The notes under the pieces are model-generated. The model worked only from the letters and a program-made list of their open reading frames with translations. It searched no databases and was not told where the DNA came from. 64,000 nucleotides of DNA, from assembly GCA_002269645.1 (NCBI GenBank), contig NIVC01002129.1, positions 124,001 through 188,000 of the forward strand. The letters are read 5' to 3'. This stretch comes from Macrostomum lignano (Eukaryota). The stretch's first letter is position 1. Each line of letters begins with the position of its first letter. The position numbers and the translations under genes were made by a program. Below, piece after piece: positions 10,406-23,628 of the stretch.

Positions 10406-11759
10406 CACCCGTATATACAGTTTTGCTGGAAAATATCACGAATAAGTGCAGCAAAAAGGCTCAGATATCATGATACGGTGATATTATATCATGATATTCT
10501 TAGCCAAAATGCTGCAACAATGTAGTCTATTTGGGATTGTTTATGGCGTCGTTTTAAAAGTCTAAATGAAGTATATTTTGTTTTCTCTAAGCATTATATA
10601 CATGTAGCATAGGAAGCTTTGCTGTATCCTGGGCTGTAGCACGTGGCCATGTAAATTATGCTTGTATGCTTCTTTTTAGCAAAATGAACATTGGATAGGG
10701 TTAGGGTTGCTTAACTGTATATCATCTACGGTATATAGGGCGCAGATGAATCTAAATTTATTGATTTTGATTATTGTATAGGCTGAAATAGGTATGAAAA
10801 AATAGGCATGAAAATGCATTGCATCACACAGTTTATCATGGTTATGTAGTTAGTAGCTTTGCTTTACCCAATGTAGCCTAGTTCTTTTTAGTCTAAATGC
10901 TAGACCTTTTTTCAGTTTGTACACCCATTTCAACCATTAAGGCATTAGTCCTAATTAGTAAAATAAATTATAATGCCTATCAATCATCCATGATCCACTG
11001 TAATATTAATACACGGTAGTATCCTATATTTATAACCTTATCTAAACTTATATTGATCATATTATTCGTATTTATCAAGTCAATACAATATTGATTTTAT
11101 TAAGTTTTTTAATGATTATTTGGTGGTTATATGGCTTCTCAAATATTAAAAATAGCATTTTAATATGCTAGATTAGGCCTAAACTGAGCAAAAGCAGAAC
11201 TTAAAGTTTTAAAATAAATATCTAAAGATAATAAAGCCAAAGGGAATTTTGCCTGTTAGTTGACTCGGAAAGACATAAAGCCTATTCTATGTATTTTTAT
11301 GGTAGGCCTAGGAAACTAGGCTTTAATTTAAGAACTAAGTCATGAAATGATAATAAAGAATAAGCTATATTATTTAATATAAAAGGATAATATAGGCCTA
11401 GCAAGTCTAAAATTTCTTTGATATAATAGGCTAATGAATTGCTTCATATATATACTAATATACTAATATACTATTACTATTACTATTATATACTAATATA
11501 TACTATATACTAATATATACTTAATATATACTATATTATATATTAAGTTGTTAAAATGTTTAGGGGCCTTATTAATAAGAATAAAAGTCAATAATTGTTT
11601 GATCGATTTAAACCTTTTGCTATTTATTTGGTACTTCTTTATACTTATACTTTTTCCTGTTTGTTTTTGCTTTATCCTTTTTCCTTTTATTCTACCCTAT
11701 AGCTGTCTACTTTATATGTTATTTTGCCATATTGTTCTATTCCTTACTTTGCCCCATCT

Positions 11760-12860
11760 GTTTGTATCTTTATTTTGACCCCTATTTGCATCCAGCTCTA
11801 TCTCCCTACTCTACCATTTGCTCTGTTCCTTATTCTGCCCTTTGGCCCTACCCTCTTGTGTCCTACTCTGTTCCTTGCTCTACCCTTTGCTCTGCCTCCC
11901 TGCTATGCCCATGCCCTCCTGCTCTGCTTGCTGTTCTGCCCTGCCTTGCCCCTGCTCTGCCAGTCTGCCTCCCTGCTCTGCCCTCCTGTTCTGCCTCCCT
12001 GCTCTGCTTATTGCTCTGCTTGCTGCTTTGCCCCCTCCCCCCCACTTTGTCCCCTACTCTTTTGCTCGCTGCTCTTCCCTCCTGCTCTTCCTTGCTGCTC
12101 TGACCTTTTGCTCTGCTCCCTGCTCTGCCCTCCTGCTCTGCCCCCTGCTTTGCCTTCCTGTTCTGCCCCTGCTCTTCTGCTTGCTGCTTTTCCCTCCTGC
12201 TCTGCCCCCCCCACTCTGCCCCTGTTCTTCCCTCGTGCTCTTCCAGCTTCTGCTCTTCACTCTTACTCTGCCTCCTTGCTCTGGCCTCCTGGTCTGCCCA
12301 CCACTCTGCTCCCTGCTTTGTCCCTGCTCTTCTGCTCGCTGCTCTGCTCGCTGCTCTGCCCCCTAATTTGCCTTCCTGCTGTGCCCCCTACTTTGCCTTC
12401 CTGCTCTGCGTCCCTGCTCTTCCCTCCTGCTCTGCCCCTCACTCTGCCCCCTACTTTGTCTTCCTGCTCCGAGTCCCTGCTCTTCCCTCCTGCTCTTCCC
12501 CCCACTCTGCCCCCTACTTTGCCTTCCTGCTCTGCCCCCCACTCTGCCCCCCACTCTGCCCCCCACTCTGCCCCCTACTTTGTCTTCCGCTCTGCGTCCC
12601 TGCTCTTCCCTCCTGCTCTGCCCTCCTGCTCTGCCCCCCACTCTGCCCCCTACTTTGTCTTCCTGCTCTGCCCCCCACTCTGCCCCCTACTTTGCCTTCC
12701 TGCTCTGCCCTCCTGCTCTGCCCCTGCTCTTCTGCTTGCTGCTCTTCCCCCTGCTCTGCCCTCCTGCTCTGCCCTCTGCTCTGGTCCTGCTTCCTGCTGC
12801 CTATTCCATCCCTGGTTCTCTTCCCCTACTGTCTGCTCTTCTGCCATCTGCTCTATCCGG
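11760..12860 (+). repeat. Degenerate C/T-rich minisatellite (ctctgccccc / cctcctgctct motifs)
   Basis: Visible tandem motifs; it produces stop-free Pro/Leu/Cys ORFs in all three plus frames. Confidence 0.85.
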
Positions 12861-12990
12861 GCTCTACCCGGCTTCTCTGCTCCTTGTTATGCGTCTGCTT
12901 ACAGTATATTTGAGTTTCCAGCTTTCTAGAAGCTACTCGTTAAACAGCTCAGCTTTAAATATAAGATAACGCGTTCTTAAATTCAGGGTC

Positions 12991-13824
12991 ATGGGACGAC
13001 GAAAAATTAATGTGGCAAAGACTTCCGCCAAGTTGTATCGTGGTTCTGCTCGAAGTCGAGCGAAAGTTATTCGTATCATTGCTACCTCAAAGCAGAGTTC
13101 CGCGTAAGTTATTAATGTTTGCAAGCTGCTTTTTGTTTGGATTACTTTTTCAGTTAAGAGAAAAAATATTTTTTCTATTTTCTTTTCATTTGCAGTAGTT
13201 CGTCACGCTGTCCAGACCCCGAATCCGATTTGGAGCACGAGGGTGCCGTTGAGCCCTTGGACGATGTTGAAGACGACGAAGATGATAATAATCAAGCTGA
13301 GCGGAGTCGTTTCAAAGAGTTTTGTGAGGCCGAAAGCGACCGCTGGGATGAGCTACTTTCCACAGGAACTCTTGCTGATGGTGTGGCAAAACACTATTCT
13401 CTGAAAAAAAGTGTCGTATGTGGCTCTGCAGATGGATTGTATCGGTGCGAGAAGTGTCACCTACTTTCGGTCTGTCTCGAGTGTCTCGAAGCGCGCCACT
13501 CGCACCGACCTCCGCATGCTGTCCAGCTGTGGAATGTAAGAAATGCAACTTAAATTCCATATACGAGCATAAGTCACATTCCCTTTGTTAATTTTAGAAT
13601 TGCAGTAAGGATGCATATATTAAAAATAACGTCTAAGTCGGCTTTTTACGTTTTAAAATTACTTGGATGTATGCGGCTACTGTACAAATTTATGCCTGTT
13701 CACTTACTATTAAAGAGAATAGTAGCACGCATATTTGATTCACAAACACTCTCAAGTGCGAGTCTGAGAAATATTTTATTATTTACTCAATTTTTCAGGG
13801 AAATTTTTATGAAGTTGTCCCGAC
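12991..13824 (+). pseudogene. Outer KDZ transposase, 5' exons (CxC cysteine cluster)
   Basis: Exon 1 12991-13103 (MGRRKINVAKTSAKLYRGSARSRAK..., phase 2). Exon 2 13196-13535 (...SRFKEFCEAESDRWDELL...YRCEKCHLLSVCLECLEARHSHRPPHAVQLWN|gtaag). Exon 3 starts at 13799 (GNFYEVVP). RCxxC...CxxC...H...P.H.V..WN is the recalled CxC2-type cluster associated with KDZ transposases. Confidence 0.8.
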
Positions 13825-14944
13825 CACCCGTATATACTCTTTTGGCCGTATATATCACGTCAAAAAGGGCCAGTTTTGGCCGGAATATCATGATATATGA
13901 TACGGTAGCACGGTATCATAATGCAAAAAGCTTATATCTTTTCGCGCAATTTCAAATGACTTATGCCTGCAGTTTCATTTATTGCTTGTAAGATATTTAA
14001 TTTCATTGTAAAATCTAACGGCGGTGGTACTTCACCAGCTCCTACTGGCTAGCTACTTTTCTCCATGTACACAGTGTATTACGTTTACGTTTTCTCCCTT
14101 TTAGCATGATGATGTACATTACTAGCTGTAGCTATTCATAATCATAACTCAGCTAGCTAGAAGTGTTGTCAATCATCAATTAAGTATATGGGACAATATC
14201 TGACTCTAAGCATATTATATATATATATTAGCTATTTTGAAATGCTATCTGAGTATATAATATAATATAATACTGTTATATATAAAAGGTATATAACTTA
14301 GATCTAGCCTCCAATCCAATCTGAATCAGATAAAGAAACTAGCCTAAAGATCATCTAGGCTGGTTTTTTGTATAGATAAAGTGGAAATGGAATTATTCTA
14401 TTTTAATAGACATTAAGGCTAAGGCCTACATTAAAATTGATTTTCAATCAATTAATTTTCAGATAAATACCTAGAATTAGGTACTAACTATACTCTATAG
14501 TATATTTGTTATTGTATTTTAAATTCTTTTTTTATATCTGTTACAGACTTGTTTCCTCCTTCTTCTGCTGACCTCTAGATGTCACCAATTGTCACAGACG
14601 TACTCGTTCTAACTGCAATTTCACCTTAAAGCCACTGAATCTTTACAGACTTTCTGGCTCTTATCACTAAACTGTCTATTTCTAGTAGTATCGGCTGCCC
14701 TAAACTATGACCTTTCTCTAATTTCACACGATTTCTTGGAAACCTTGTGATAGCGTGTAGTGCCCGAGCGGTAAGACACTGTCTAATCCCCTAGTTTTAG
14801 TCCGAAAGTCTAGCGTTTTCCGAGGATCAAGGGTGTCCAGCAGTAGCTAAACTATTCCTAATGCCTAATCCTTAATGTCTATTATTAGCCCGCACGGCTT
14901 TCTTAGGATCTATACGATCTCGATCTCCCTACTCAGGTTTCTAT

Positions 14945-15242
14945 GCTTGGTCTCCACGACCTCAAGTTTCCCTATTCAGATCCCTAATTCTTGGTCTCCA
15001 CGACCTCAAGTTTCCCTATTCAGATCCCTAATTCTTGGTCTCCACGACCTCAAGTTTCCCTATTCAGATCCCTAATTCTTGGTCTCCACGACCTCAAGTT
15101 TTCCTATTCAGATCCCTACTTCTTGGTCTCCACGACCTCAAGTTTCTCTATTCAGATCCCTACTTCTTGGTCTCCACGACCTCAAGTTTCCCTATTCAGA
15201 TCCCTACTTCTTGGTCTCCACGACCTCAAGTTTCCCTATTCA
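14945..15242 (+). repeat. 44-bp tandem repeat, ~7 copies
   Basis: Unit ttcttggtctccacgacctcaagtttccctattcagatcccta(a/c), head-to-tail with no spacers. Confidence 0.9.
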
Positions 15243-17611
15243 ATAAATAAAATAGCGAAAACAAGTCTTAGCGGAAGTTTAAGGTTGAACACTCCAATTG
15301 CTAAGAGTTATTGAGTTTTTAGTTGAGAAACGAGGGTGAGCGCGAGTTGTATATTTGGCGGTCCAAGCTGTCTCTTTATATAATCGTTGACAAAGGGGGG
15401 GGGTGAACATAAGATATTTAAACAAAAATAAAAAGGAATTTTTAACAAAGTATCGTTTTAACAAACCTGTAATTTAAACAAAAGGGGAAGAAATTTGCTG
15501 ATTGGCCAGGATAAAAAGTCGCGATTAGCTACTGCTATAAGTAATATAGATGATTTATAACAAGCTGCCTCAACTGGCTTCCCTAATTTAAATTTTTCGA
15601 ATAATTGTTTGAGTGAAAAAATTTAACATAATATTAACATAATATTAGAAGTAGAATATGGGCAAAAGAACATGTTAGGAATAAATACGGTGAACAATAC
15701 AGACATTAATATGAAGTACACGCTAAGTAATTAATGTACATGAGCATGTGGACAAATAGGTAATGACCAGGGAAGCAATATATCACAAATATATACCGGT
15801 TCAATATCACAAATAGTGATTATGAACCGGTGCGTAAAAATACATATTAGCACAAGCAATAGAGCAACATACAAATGAGCAATGGATATTTGGCGTGAAC
15901 AAATGAGTAAATGTATGATTTAGCGTGAGTAAATGTACATGGCTTGGCATGATTAAGCATGAGCGAATGAATAAATGTACATATTAATATGATTAAATGT
16001 TACTAGGACTTAGCCAGAAAGCAAAATTGTCTTACTTAATCAATTCGTTAAGTCGTTAAGTCGTTAAGTCGTTAACCTAGATAAAGTTATGATCTCAGAC
16101 CTAAGTAATCTATACTCATTGTCATTTCGTATCAGCAACGCACCTTCACTACGGCCTCGAAGCCACTGAAGCTTATCTTGCCGTTATTTCCAGTGCGGTT
16201 GAAGTCAAACTGGACATGGAGTCTTTCCCTTCCAGCATGCAGAGCTCTCGTATCTGTGGGAAGTAGAAGTATGTGTGGTCAACGATGATCCTATTTAGAG
16301 CATTAAACTTATCAAGAAGTTTTTGCAAAAAAAAACTGCAGGGCATCAAGCGAAATCAACTCACCACTCATTGCTTCTGGAAATTACTGACGCCAGCATC
16401 CTGGCCTGCACGTTCAGCGCTCCTGTGGCCTGTGGGATGAATTTATGAATGCACGCAATGAATTTGATTGACTGTTGCTTAACTAAATTGTACAATATAC
16501 GTTAATTTCAGCACTTTATTATACTTAAAGCGATTTTCTTAGCACGCACAATGGTCGAAAGTGGGCGAAGCTATAACATATCAGATAAATTACTCGTAAT
16601 ATTAATCTATATAAGATATATTTGCCACCTTAAAAATTGTACTAAAAGTGGTGCTGACCGACTAGAGCAGGATTTAGAAACTTACTGATGAGTTCTTGCT
16701 GAGCTCCTGACTCCTGCAGATTAACAGTGGCATCGTATACTGCTGACAAAAGGTTCGGTTTGAATGCAATCTCTGTGCTTTATGCTGCTGTAGACTCAGC
16801 ATTTCTGCTGTTTGAATACCTCAGGGAACAGTTCGTTCGTTGAGAAGATCCTGTGAAGACACAATCAGCATCACAATTAATGTCGCCATCCATCAGTCTG
16901 ATAGTCAGCCGATATTTGCTGAAATTTCAAATATAGTTTCGATAAATTTTAGCATGTCTGAAACATAGTTTGCACAAAGACAAAGCCGATTACATGAAAC
17001 ACTTACTTCATCTGGGCGATATGAGTTCCTTCACTCTGCTTCACTCTGTCGTTTCTTTCAGCAGACCTGCGCACGCCAGCTCTCTGCAGGCATAAAGCTT
17101 AGCCGGCTTCAAGTCCTTCTTTGTATTCCCTACTTGTATGACCACCGCCTTATACGGTCTGGCCTCGCCATCGACCACACGGTAGTTGACGCTTTAAACT
17201 ACGGGGTTCATGTCTAAGCTAGCTAATTCTAGAGATTACAACAAGCTTGCAAAACTCGCTAAAAGGAATTGGAAGCACAACTCGGCAGCAATGTGGGTTC
17301 GTGATGCAAAAATATATTTCAAAGACCCTTTTAGGTAAAATTATTTGGGATCGGGGAGCGCAATAGAATATGCTGCGCACCGGTTGGCTGTGAGGAAGCC
17401 TTCCGTGCTTTGTGCTCTCACACACAGAACTCCACTCGGGTTATCCCCTCCCCCTCCAGCAGCTGTTCCCCCTGTTCCTCTGTTCCCCTCCCCTCGAAAT
17501 CGCCAGTTGCATGTCAGTCATTCAATTCATTTGATTGGATGAAGGGGAGCCCCTCGTGGAAAAAGCTTGCGGGCGCCCATATTCAAAGCTTTTCTTCCAG
17601 GCTCTGACTTC

Positions 17612-17637
17612 GAGAGAGAGAGAGAGAGAGAGAGAGA
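17612..17637 (+). repeat. (GA)n microsatellite
   Basis: Directly visible gagagaga run. Confidence 0.95.
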
Positions 17638-19444
17638 ATCTCCCCAGATTGGTTTATATTTCTACAGTTTATATGGAATCCTCAATGCTCATACTCAATT
17701 TCTCACCCTCCGACCAACATTAAAGGGCAAAGTTTGAAAGTTTTACTTAATTACTTATACGACTACGAGTAACAGTCAGCAAGTAATAGTGAAAACGAAA
17801 AAAATTAGATTAGTAGAGCACAAAACCGCACACAGAGCAAGTAAACCATTTTCATGGAGAATAAATTTGAGCTTATCGATCGTTCAGACTTTAAATGCTA
17901 AAGAATCTTAGACTCCCATGAAGCTAGCATTTGCGTAGGGGGGACTGCTTTTGCCTTCTTGCCTTGCCTTGCCTTTTGCCTGTTTTGTTTTCATTCTCTC
18001 TTTGTGTGATTCTGATTAAACTTTGTTTTGGCCACCCCTTCTATTTAACTGAGAAAAACCTTGGATAGATGAGCCCACCCACTGCCCGCACAGCTCCAGG
18101 CGTGAATTTTTCCGGCCATAAATCTTCTATACAACTAAATCTTGAATAAAAACTGAACTGGACTGCGCACCCAGGGCTTGGAATCTGTCAAAATGACAAT
18201 GGAAAGTCTCTCCGCCTGCAGCTATACTATAGATACTTTTTGGTCTGGGATAAATATTGTTTGCGATAGCTGTGCCCGGCCGCCACCTGGCTACCATTTC
18301 TATTCATCCAACTCTGATCCATTCAAAAAATTTTCCTTTGTTTACTTAAATTCTGCCATTCTGACGCACACACACAGCATTCGAATTCGCGCTGATATGA
18401 GGGGGCGCAGCCCACGCCGCCCACCACAGAGACTATGGGATGGGGCGCCAGAAAATCCGTCACGTATGCTCATGGATAGTAATTCTGAAAGCTAGGTTCT
18501 GGTCCTAGGGTTACTTTTTTGGTCTGTGCTTAAACGAGCAGCCTTATTTAATAATTACTCTAGGATAGCTTGTTGGACGGCGAGGTAAAGCGGTTATAAG
18601 ACAAGGTTAATTGTGCCAGAAATATTTACTGGCTTTAATTAACACACTTCTAGCAGAATATATAGCAGAATAGTGTAATGCAGTTGCATTGAATTTCCTG
18701 CAAGATTGTACTTTGCATGCAGCAGTCAGCATCGATAAAGATCAGAACAGACCAATAGAGAACTGTACCGGCCTATTCGTTTATTACTGCGCTTGCTGCG
18801 CAAAAATGTGGCGGTTGTAACTGTATGAGCTTTAGAATTTCAAAACAGTTAGTATTTACTTGCAAATTTTCGGTTTTACCCCATGACTTTAGAAAATTCT
18901 TTGCTGACTACTTAGGTATATAGAATACTAGAGAATGACGAATATCTAAGCAAAAATTAGTTGACAGAATGTTCGGCCATTTTTCGACCATGTTTCGACC
19001 AACTATGTTCCCTCTCTGAAAATTCGATGTTCTCCCTAGATTCGACAGAGAATCGACGTCGAATTTTACACCGGGAGGTTAGATAGTATATAATATTAAA
19101 TGTTTATAATAATATACTAGCTATTATACATGTTTCATTAAATAATAGTATAGCTAGAAATATTTAAATATTTAAATAACAATATTTAACTAGTCTTGGT
19201 TAAGTACAACTAGTTATATGGTTAGTGTAAATTTATACTATTAACAATAAAATATTTTATTTAATTATTGTTTTTAAAACCTTCCTAATTACTTGCATCC
19301 TTGTATTAGGCCTATTTCTTTGCCCTTCATATTATCCTATCTCTTTGTTGTTCTATCATGTTATTTATTTGCTCTAACTTTGCTTTCTCATTTCCTTGCT
19401 ATCCTACTTTCTCCTATTGCCTTACCGTCATTGCCACTATCTAT

Positions 19445-20130
19445 TTATGCTGTCCTACCCTCTATACAGCTCCACCCTTCCTGCTGTCCTACCCTCCATA
19501 CAGCTCCACCCTCCCTGCTGTCCTACCCTCCATACAGCTCTACCCTCCCTGCTGTCCTACCCTCCATACAGCTCCACCCTCCCTGCTGTCCTACCCTCCA
19601 TACAGCTCCACCCTCCCTGCTGTCCTACCCTCCATACAGCTCCACCCTCCCTGCTGTCCTACCCTCCATACAGCTCCACCCTCCCTGCTGTCCTACCCTC
19701 CATACAGCTCCACCCTCCCTGCTGTCCTACCCTCCATTCAGCTCCACCCTCCCTGCTGCAACCTTTCCTACTGTCAAACCCTCCCTGCTGTCCTACCCTC
19801 CATACAGCTCCACCCTCCCTGCTGTCCTACCCTCCATTCAGCTCCACCCTTCCTGCTGTCCTACCCTCCATTCAGCTCCACCTTCCCTGCTGTCCTACCC
19901 TCCATACAGCTCCACCCTCCCTGCTGTCCTACCCTCCATACAGCTCCACCCTCCCTGCTGTCCTACCCTCCATACAGCTCCACCCTCCCTGCTGTCCTAC
20001 CCTCCATTCAGCTCCACCCTCCCTGCTGCAACCTTCCCTACTGTCAAACCCTCCCTGCTGTCCTACCCTCCATACAGCTCCACCCTCCCTGCTGCAACCT
20101 TTCCTACTGTCAAACCCTCCCTGCTGCCCT
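19445..20130 (+). repeat. 34-bp minisatellite, left-arm copy
   Basis: Unit ctccctgctgtcctaccctccatacagctccacc, with an occasional variant gcaacctttcctactgtcaaacc. The same peptide string appears in all three frames, as expected for a period not divisible by 3. Confidence 0.95.
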
Positions 20131-21309
20131 ACCCTCTTTACTGTCCCACCCTCCTTGCTGTCCCACCTTTTTCCTGCCCCACCACACTCTTTCTCCTCTA
20201 CCACCTATATTTTTTCCTACCCTCCTTTTTCGCTATGCTGGAGTTTTTCTTCTTTCATGGTAAAAATTGTTGCTGTTTTAATATTTAAAAAAATCTGGTT
20301 TCAGAATGTCTTGGAAGGAGCATTGTCGCCAAAACTGCACTCCTGGTGTTAGTATTACGCGTGAGTGATACTTAGTGATCAAGGAATAGTGGAAGCATTT
20401 TTTCTACTAGAAGTATTTTTAAATCAGTCGTTTTCTTGCCGTTTTTAAAGTGTTGTTTGCCAGGCAGTGTACCCCTGAAATTTTTCTTCTCTTTTAGTAG
20501 CCATCCTATAGATGCTTCAATGGATCTCTATATGTAACTATAAATATTGCTATTTTGCACCGTGTCAAAATTCAAAGCAATCCTTTTCCTGCCTTTCAGA
20601 CCAGATTGACAGTTTGCGCGCATCTTACACAAACTTAGGAGATGCGGAGCGCATTTTTTTGCAAAATGCTGCTGCTCAACGAAAAAGTTGTAGCAAAGAT
20701 TTCACGGAAAGGAAGCTTCGAAAGGCTGCCAAGAAGCTTGTAAGAATGATAAAATGATTACAATTTTATTAAATAAGGAATGTTTCTTTGTTTTATTCAG
20801 ATGTTAAAGTATGGCTTCAGAAGTTAATTACTCTCCTTAAGCAATTTAGTTCTACGAGAGTATATGGAATTTCAGATTGATTCTGCTGACACAGCTGGTA
20901 TGCATGCCGTCGTGCTGCTTCACCCAAAAAGCGGCGGAGAAACCAGCGTCTTCGAGTCGGAGGACGTTATGGGGTTCTGCGAAAAGCGAAACATTGCTTC
21001 GGTAAGATATCCACCGCATATTCGTGCGGATTTTCGGAGCGAGTGTGTAATTTTTTTATGAATTTAAGAAAGAGGGTTTTACAGTGTGGTTTAGGATAAG
21101 CCATTCACGATATGTTGCTGAATGTGGCCACAACGTTTAACCTAACGAATTTTTTGGGGCCTTCAATCTGCGGTGGCAAATTCTGGGAGTGGCCCTACTA
21201 CCGCTGCTGGCCTTCGTATCGCGGTTAGCGAGCTTTTGCAAAGAAAATTTTGTAAGCATTTTTCTTATATGTGTTTGTGTTTTGCTGCTTTGCAATTCAG
21301 TTTGATGTA

Positions 21310-22850
21310 CCGTGGCGCACAACGAATTAGGACAACCGAACACAAATTAGAACTTTTTATTTTATAGCCTACACAGAATGCGGGATCTAATCAGTTATAG
21401 ATAACTATGGTATCGATCAATTAAATTAATGATGTATTAGGTACTTGCTCGCAATTGAGTGTCTTTAATTGAAGCCCCTTGTCTCACTTTAGAATTTGAT
21501 AAGTCACAGATTAATAAGACCACTTATTTTTTGGCTTAAAATGTGCTATAAAAATTTCTCAAACTCTCCTTGAATGGAGAAAGACAAAGCCCTATCGCCT
21601 GAGCCGTGTTGTTTGTGAAAGTCGACAATGTGCGTCCAGCAAGCACCCAGGCGCCTCAGCAGCACTGGCAGCACAGGCTGTGCCCCAAGACCTGGAAGGG
21701 CACCAAAAACTGACCTCCGACTGAATCAACGAATTGTTCGAACGTCCGAATCCAACCGTCGGCTCCCGCTATGGAGATCAACCGTGAACTTCTGGTGTCC
21801 AGCTGCACCCCATGACTGTCCACCACCATCTATCTGGTAGCTGCTGGACTGAATGGCCGCATTGCTAGGAAAAAACATTGATTTCCGACAAAAAGCAGAA
21901 GCGGCGCTTAAACTTTGCGTGGCAGTTGGACGCCCTAGGACTGGACCAAGGTCATCTTAAGTGACGAGAGCAAATTTTCCCTCACTGGTTCTGATGGCCG
22001 CCGGCATGTGCGCGTCCGAGCGAGCTGATGCGGAATTCTATCCCAGGTGCACCCTTGGCACCGTAAAGCATGGAGCTGGAAGTTTCATGGTGTGCGCTGC
22101 ATTCTCCAGAGATGTACCTGGGCCATTGGCCAATAACTTGCATTGAGGGCATTATAGACAGTCAGAAGTACCGTGATACTCTCTCAGCAGGACAACGATC
22201 TGAAGCACCTCTCTAAGGTTGTGAAGGCATGGCTTGCTGAGAATAACATCCGCACCATGGACTGACCATGAAGCGCAGTAACCAGACCTCAATCCGATTG
22301 AGAGCCTGCGAAACTGGATCGAGCGGGACATCTAAAGGCAGCAGCTAGGTTCCCTCCCATCATCAGCTCCACCGTATCATTGATACGGTGATCAATCGTA
22401 AGCTGCCATCTTTCCAGAAATGTGCCAGAAGCTGGTGGACACCATGCGTAGGCAGTGCAATGCTGTGATTAAGTCAAAAGGACATACTCGTACTAGAGTT
22501 AGTTAGATATCAGTGATATTTGCTTTGCTTATTTACCTACTAATCAATGTCAAACTTAAAACCATACTTCCTATTCAAATATCACATTCTTCTAATATAT
22601 AAAAATGTAAATTTTGCTTGCTTGTTTGCTTGTTCTGAACTAAAGACTAATAAAAAGGGAATCTATTTTACTATAAAATTACTGTAACTATTATATAACT
22701 ATATGACTATAATTACTATAAAAATAACTTTAAGTAATATTCTTACAATATTTACTTTAGATTTAGTGTTTGAAATTTTGCTTAAAGACCAGAATGGCAA
22801 AAATACAATAATTTTACAGCATTGTGTTCTTAATTCATTGTGCGCCACTG
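21310..22850 (+). mobile_element. Tc1-like element (1541 bp), degenerate
   Basis: TA|CCGTGGCGCACAACGAATTAGGACA at the left and TA|CAGTGGCGCACAATGAATTAAGAACA at the right (reverse complement); TA duplication at 21308-21309 and 22851-22852. Confidence 0.9.
21540..22500 (+). pseudogene. Tc1 (DD34E-type) transposase remnant
   Basis: Fragments RPGRAPKTDLRLNQRIVR, KRRLNFA, DWTKVILSDESKF, TVKHGAGSFMVCAAFS, QQDNDLKH and PDLNPIE, with several frameshifts and stops. Confidence 0.8.
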
Positions 22851-23229
22851 TATATAGTGGTGCATACTGAAATACTGAGTTGTTCAAAGATGTTAGTTCG
22901 TCATAACACATCATGAATGTATAAGAAGCTATCAATATGCCGGCCAGCACTGCTTCTTGAGTCATACTCGCGTTTTTACTTTTCCTTTCAGCGAAGGCTA
23001 TTAAAAACCGGCAGCTCCAATACTCCAATTACACACGCTTTGGTCGATGGATTAATTGGCCAACCGGTGTTCGGCAAGATTGTCACCCGCAGCGACTGTG
23101 CAAGAGGGATTTGATCTCTATCTGGTTAAAAAAAGAATCTCTTTTCTTTGAAAGATCAGCCGACCTACCATCAACCACTGTTGACCAGTCAAGAAGTGCG
23201 GTGTCGGCTGGCATCGCTGTCGGAAATTA

Positions 23230-23628
23230 TGCATCATCGACTGGTGCTGGTGCGGTGTCGGCCGGCATCGTCAGAAAGTCTGCATCATCGACTGGTGCTG
23301 GTGCGGTGTCGGCCGGCATCGTGAGAAAGTCTGCATCATCGACTGGTGCTGGTGCGGTGTCGGCCGGCATCGTGAGAAAGTCTGCATCATCGACTGGTGC
23401 TGGTGCGGTGTCGGCCGGCATCGTCAGAAAGTCTGCATCATCGACTGGTGCTGGTGCGGTGTCGGCCGGCATCGTCAGAAAGTCTGCATCATCGACTGGT
23501 GCTGGTGCGGTGTCGGCCGGCATCGTCAGAAAGTCTGCATCATCGACTGGTGCTGGTGCGGTGTCGGCCGGCATCGTCAGAAAGTCTGCATCATCAACTG
23601 GTGCTGGTGCGGTGTCGGCCGGCATCAA
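23230..23628 (+). repeat. 51-bp in-frame tandem repeat (~8 copies; SASSTGAGAVSAGIVRK)
   Basis: Unit gtcggccggcatcgtcagaaagtctgcatcatcgactggtgctggtgcggt; lies in an exon-like block after a pyrimidine-rich acceptor near 23156. Confidence 0.9.

Larger units (their letters stand above)
14545..19075. mobile_element. ~4.5-kb composite secondary insertion in the left arm; boundaries approximate
   Basis: Left-arm/right-arm similarity stops near 14540 and resumes near 19076 (aggttagatagtatataat ~ aggttatgtggtatatta). The right end reads CCCGGTGTAAAATTCGAC on the minus strand (CCC-type end with tcga subterminal repeats). A tatatt-TGGCGG junction at ~15351 resembles the LTR/PBS junction at 57201. Confidence 0.5.

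Noticed and set aside
11724-12969. Long Pro/Leu/Cys-rich ORFs (up to 401 aa)
   Set aside because: They are open in all three frames because the C/T-rich minisatellite cannot form stop codons; no domain content.
14945-15242. 44-bp repeats, and also the 151-, 51-, 54- and 22-bp arrays, as possible CRISPR arrays
   Set aside because: Units are head-to-tail with no unique spacers, there are no cas genes, and the context is eukaryotic.
19293-20352. Three ~300-aa overlapping ORFs, and the matching repeat portions of ORFs at 35551-37558
   Set aside because: Translations of the 34-bp minisatellite; the same peptide cycles through all frames. Only the non-repetitive end of 35551-37179 (below ~35947) is a real KDZ exon.
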